Below are positions 14,883 through 17,215 of a DNA stretch of 17,215 nt, piece after piece. Made by a program: the position numbers and the translations under genes. This DNA is from Candidatus Hydrogenedentota bacterium (GTDB lineage: Bacteria; Hydrogenedentota; Hydrogenedentia; Hydrogenedentales; SLHB01): NCBI GenBank assembly GCA_034408725.1, contig JAWXCN010000017.1, positions 1 through 17,215 on the forward strand, read 5' to 3'. The notes under the pieces are model-generated. The model was given only the letters and a program-made list of their open reading frames with translations. It did no database searches and was not told where the DNA came from. The number at the start of each line of letters is the position of its first letter. The stretch's first letter is position 1.

Positions 14883-16979
14883 TTACTTCGGGGGAAGCGT
14901 TACGGGCGTGCCCCGCTTGCCATTCACTGTATCGTCCGCGTTTTCAACCGTGAACGAGTCGCCTTGAACGTGCACGGAGAAATCGTGGCCGCGGAGTTTC
15001 ACATTGCGGAGCGTCATTTCTTTTGCGATGGATGGCAGATGCGGGTTGATGGTGATGGAGCCGTCGGCATTTGGCGTGATGCCAAACAAACCGTAGATCA
15101 TCATTTGCGCAACGGCCAGTCCATCGATCATGGATTGCAGCGGGGTGTCTTTGCGATAGTCCGGGCGGTCGGCGTAGAGGGAGTCGCCCCAGTAGGGGAG
15201 CTTTTGTCCCCACCAGAGAATGCTTTTCAGCATTTCATCGGCTTCGGCGGTGTGCCCGCTTTTGTAGAGGCGCTCCATGATTTGTGGGGCGAAGCCGGTA
15301 CACGCGCCGGGACCGCCGTTGTCGACGTCGTTTTCGTCGTACGCGGGATCGCCCTTGGCGAGGCTGTGCAAGCCGTAGTCACCGAGAAACTCGTTTGTGT
15401 TCCAGTGCGACAGCAGGCCAGCGAGGGATTCGTCATTCAGCACGGGAGAGTTGAACAGCTTGAACATCTGACAGGTGTACCGCAGTTCTTTTTCGCCTTT
15501 GTCATTGCGGAACGCAAACCATTTTGCCTGCGGGTCCCAGAGCTCGGCGTGAAGCACTTGTTTCAATTCTTCGGCGCGTTGAACGAGATCGGGACGTGGC
15601 TTGCCCATTAGTTCAGAAAGTTTAGCCGCGAAGACGAAGTTGTTATAACGTCGGCCATTGAGATCGGGCATGACGTGGTTGTATTTGAGTTCTTTTCGCA
15701 GTTCGAGATGGCTGTTCGACGCGCCATAATCCATCAACGCTACGGGTTTCGTTGCGTCGTCGCCGTAGGTGGCGTGTTCGATCATGTGATCGAGAATGCT
15801 GCGGCCGTTGAGCATTTCATTTAGAAATGCGGTGTCGCCGGTGATCATGACGTAGTAATAGACGAGACCGATGATCTTTTCCTGGTTGACCATGTACCAC
15901 GGGCCGAAGCCTTCGCCGGTGAGGGGGAGAAAGGCGAAGTGTTTTGTGAGGTCGATGCTGAGGAATTGTTTGATGTGCGCCTTGGTGGCGGCGGGATCGA
16001 GTAGCGGGAGCATTTCCCAGACTTCGCCGAAGTCCCAGAGGTAATTGCAGACACATCCGCCTTTGATGCTGCCGGTGGAGTAGTAGGGGTTCAGCTTGAA
16101 TTCAGGCACTTCCCATCGGTTCAGAAAACCATGAGCCAGCGAGCGGGAGTAGAGTTTTTCCAGTTGTTTGTTGTCGCTCGTGAAGCGGGGAACCGGCGCG
16201 AGGTATTGCGCAACGCGATTGACGAGTTCACTGTTGCTTTGGGTCTTCGTGTTCGCGCCGAGGATTTCCTTACACGTCGCGCGGGCTTCATCCGCAGGAC
16301 CGATGGCTACGACGAATCGGACCGTTAGCGGGGCGTTTGCGTCGAGGTGCGTTGAGAGCGTCCACGTGCCATCGGCGTTCCATTGCACCAGATCGTCCGC
16401 GCCAACGATGATTGCGAGGTCGCCCTGGGTCAACCCGAGTATGCTTGCCTCGATGGTGGGCGTGACCATAATTTCCTCGATGGCCGCGGTGGTGGCGGTG
16501 GAGCTTTCAGGGCGCGCGAATTCCCAGCGCTCGTTTTTGTCCAAGGTGCCGCCGGCGCTGCCGGTGAGCACGATGTCTCGTGCGATTCCACCCGAGTGCA
16601 AAGTTATGGAAATGACGGCCGCGCGATTGCCGTAAGGCAGGATCGTTTCGCTGCCGATGGACAGCCTGTCGGCGGAATAGTTGTCGGCCACGCAGTTGGG
16701 CCACCAGTTTCCGGTGTTTGACGCGGGTATGGGTTTGCCGTCCATGAGGCAGGTGAAGCGAAAATCGGAACTGACATAGGGCGGGGCGAACAGGCCGGAG
16801 ATGTCCGCCAACGATTTGTAGTTCACGCCGATGGTCATGCGGCCATTGATGATGCCGAATTCCTCTTCGCGGTGGACGAGGTCTGAAAGCGGAATGGCAA
16901 AGGTTTCCTGGGCCGGTTCGGCGGTCGCGGCGGTTAGTATGAACAGCAAGCTCGTGGCAAACATGGGAATCGTGCGCAC
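14883..16979 (-). CDS. Secreted six-hairpin (alpha/alpha)6 glycoside hydrolase, GH63/MGH1-like, with a GH65-type C-terminal beta domain
   Basis: GTG 16979 after GGAG. Signal peptide MRTIPMFATSLLFILTAATA. Motifs NYLWDFG, ELWDPQAKWF, EFLGDYGLHSLAKGDPAYD...GGPG and C-terminal GLFGITP...ITINPHLP...LRNVKLRG. The exact family and substrate cannot be determined by eye. Confidence 0.75.
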   Translation of the reverse strand: MRTIPMFATSLLFILTAATAEPAQETFAIPLSDLVHREEEFGIINGRMTIGVNYKSLADISGLFAPPYVSSDFRFTCLMDGKPIPASNTGNWWPNCVADNYSADRLSIGSETILPYGNRAAVISITLHSGGIARDIVLTGSAGGTLDKNERWEFARPESSTATTAAIEEIMVTPTIEASILGLTQGDLAIIVGADDLVQWNADGTWTLSTHLDANAPLTVRFVVAIGPADEARATCKEILGANTKTQSNSELVNRVAQYLAPVPRFTSDNKQLEKLYSRSLAHGFLNRWEVPEFKLNPYYSTGSIKGGCVCNYLWDFGEVWEMLPLLDPAATKAHIKQFLSIDLTKHFAFLPLTGEGFGPWYMVNQEKIIGLVYYYVMITGDTAFLNEMLNGRSILDHMIEHATYGDDATKPVALMDYGASNSHLELRKELKYNHVMPDLNGRRYNNFVFAAKLSELMGKPRPDLVQRAEELKQVLHAELWDPQAKWFAFRNDKGEKELRYTCQMFKLFNSPVLNDESLAGLLSHWNTNEFLGDYGLHSLAKGDPAYDENDVDNGGPGACTGFAPQIMERLYKSGHTAEADEMLKSILWWGQKLPYWGDSLYADRPDYRKDTPLQSMIDGLAVAQMMIYGLFGITPNADGSITINPHLPSIAKEMTLRNVKLRGHDFSVHVQGDSFTVENADDTVNGKRGTPVTLPPK

Positions 16980-17079
16980 TGGGTTTACTCCAAATAGAAC
17001 CTGGGGTTGGGCTGCCCGCGTATTGGTCGTATCTTAGACGATGGAGCGTGGTGGTCCAATTCCCCGGTTTGGATAGGGC

Positions 17080-17118
17080 ATGGACGTGGTGGACGGATTG
17101 GACACGCCGGACAATTGG
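17080..17118. repeat. Short 9-nt-period GGAC repeat array
   Basis: GGAC occurs at 17082, 17091, 17100 and 17109 (atGGACgtggtGGACggattGGACacgccGGACaattgg). Confidence 0.5.
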
Positions 17119-17215
17119 GTGAAGGGGGGTGTCGGCAAATCTTTATCAACGATTCAAGGGGAGGGCGCACGGGGGGGCTCATGTGCGGATTGGTTGGCGT
17201 GGAATGCCAGCGCAA

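Noticed and set aside
13421-15611. Plus-strand ORFs 13421..14245 and 14802..15611
   Set aside because: They are antisense shadows of the activator and glycoside hydrolase genes.
16985-17215. 76-aa minus ORF, and a plus-strand frame open from ATG 17080 to the window end
   Set aside because: The first is Pro/Arg-rich low-complexity sequence. The second is short, truncated and without recognisable features, so neither can be supported from this window.

Overview
This is a GC-rich bacterial chromosomal segment with no mobile element, CRISPR array or RNA gene that I can support. The lipoprotein style (G-C-P-S lipoboxes, BACON-like stalks, short internalin-like LRR) suggests a Candidatus Hydrogenedentes-like organism, which is an unverified impression. 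In order, the window holds: (1) a truncated two-helix membrane protein missing from the ORF track (<1..992, -); (2) a divergent 516-aa protein with two apparently degenerate histidine-kinase-type ATPase folds; (3) a secreted PQQ-dependent glucose/sorbosone-family dehydrogenase; (4) pdxH; (5) a minus-strand operon of three lipoproteins, namely an LRR protein and two paralogous BACON-repeat/VWA proteins of 832 and 1337 aa; (6) a small membrane protein; (7) an unannotated 56-aa two-Cys peptide gene (12883..13053, -) with its own promoter, a perfect Shine-Dalgarno and a downstream hairpin; (8) a NifA-type GAF-AAA+-HTH sigma54 activator; (9) a secreted (alpha/alpha)6-barrel glycoside hydrolase. The most interesting signal is the hidden peptide gene. 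Its promoter carries two copies of a 17-bp motif that recurs (16/17 identical) in the promoter of the LRR/VWA lipoprotein operon, which suggests a co-regulated peptide plus surface-lipoprotein system.
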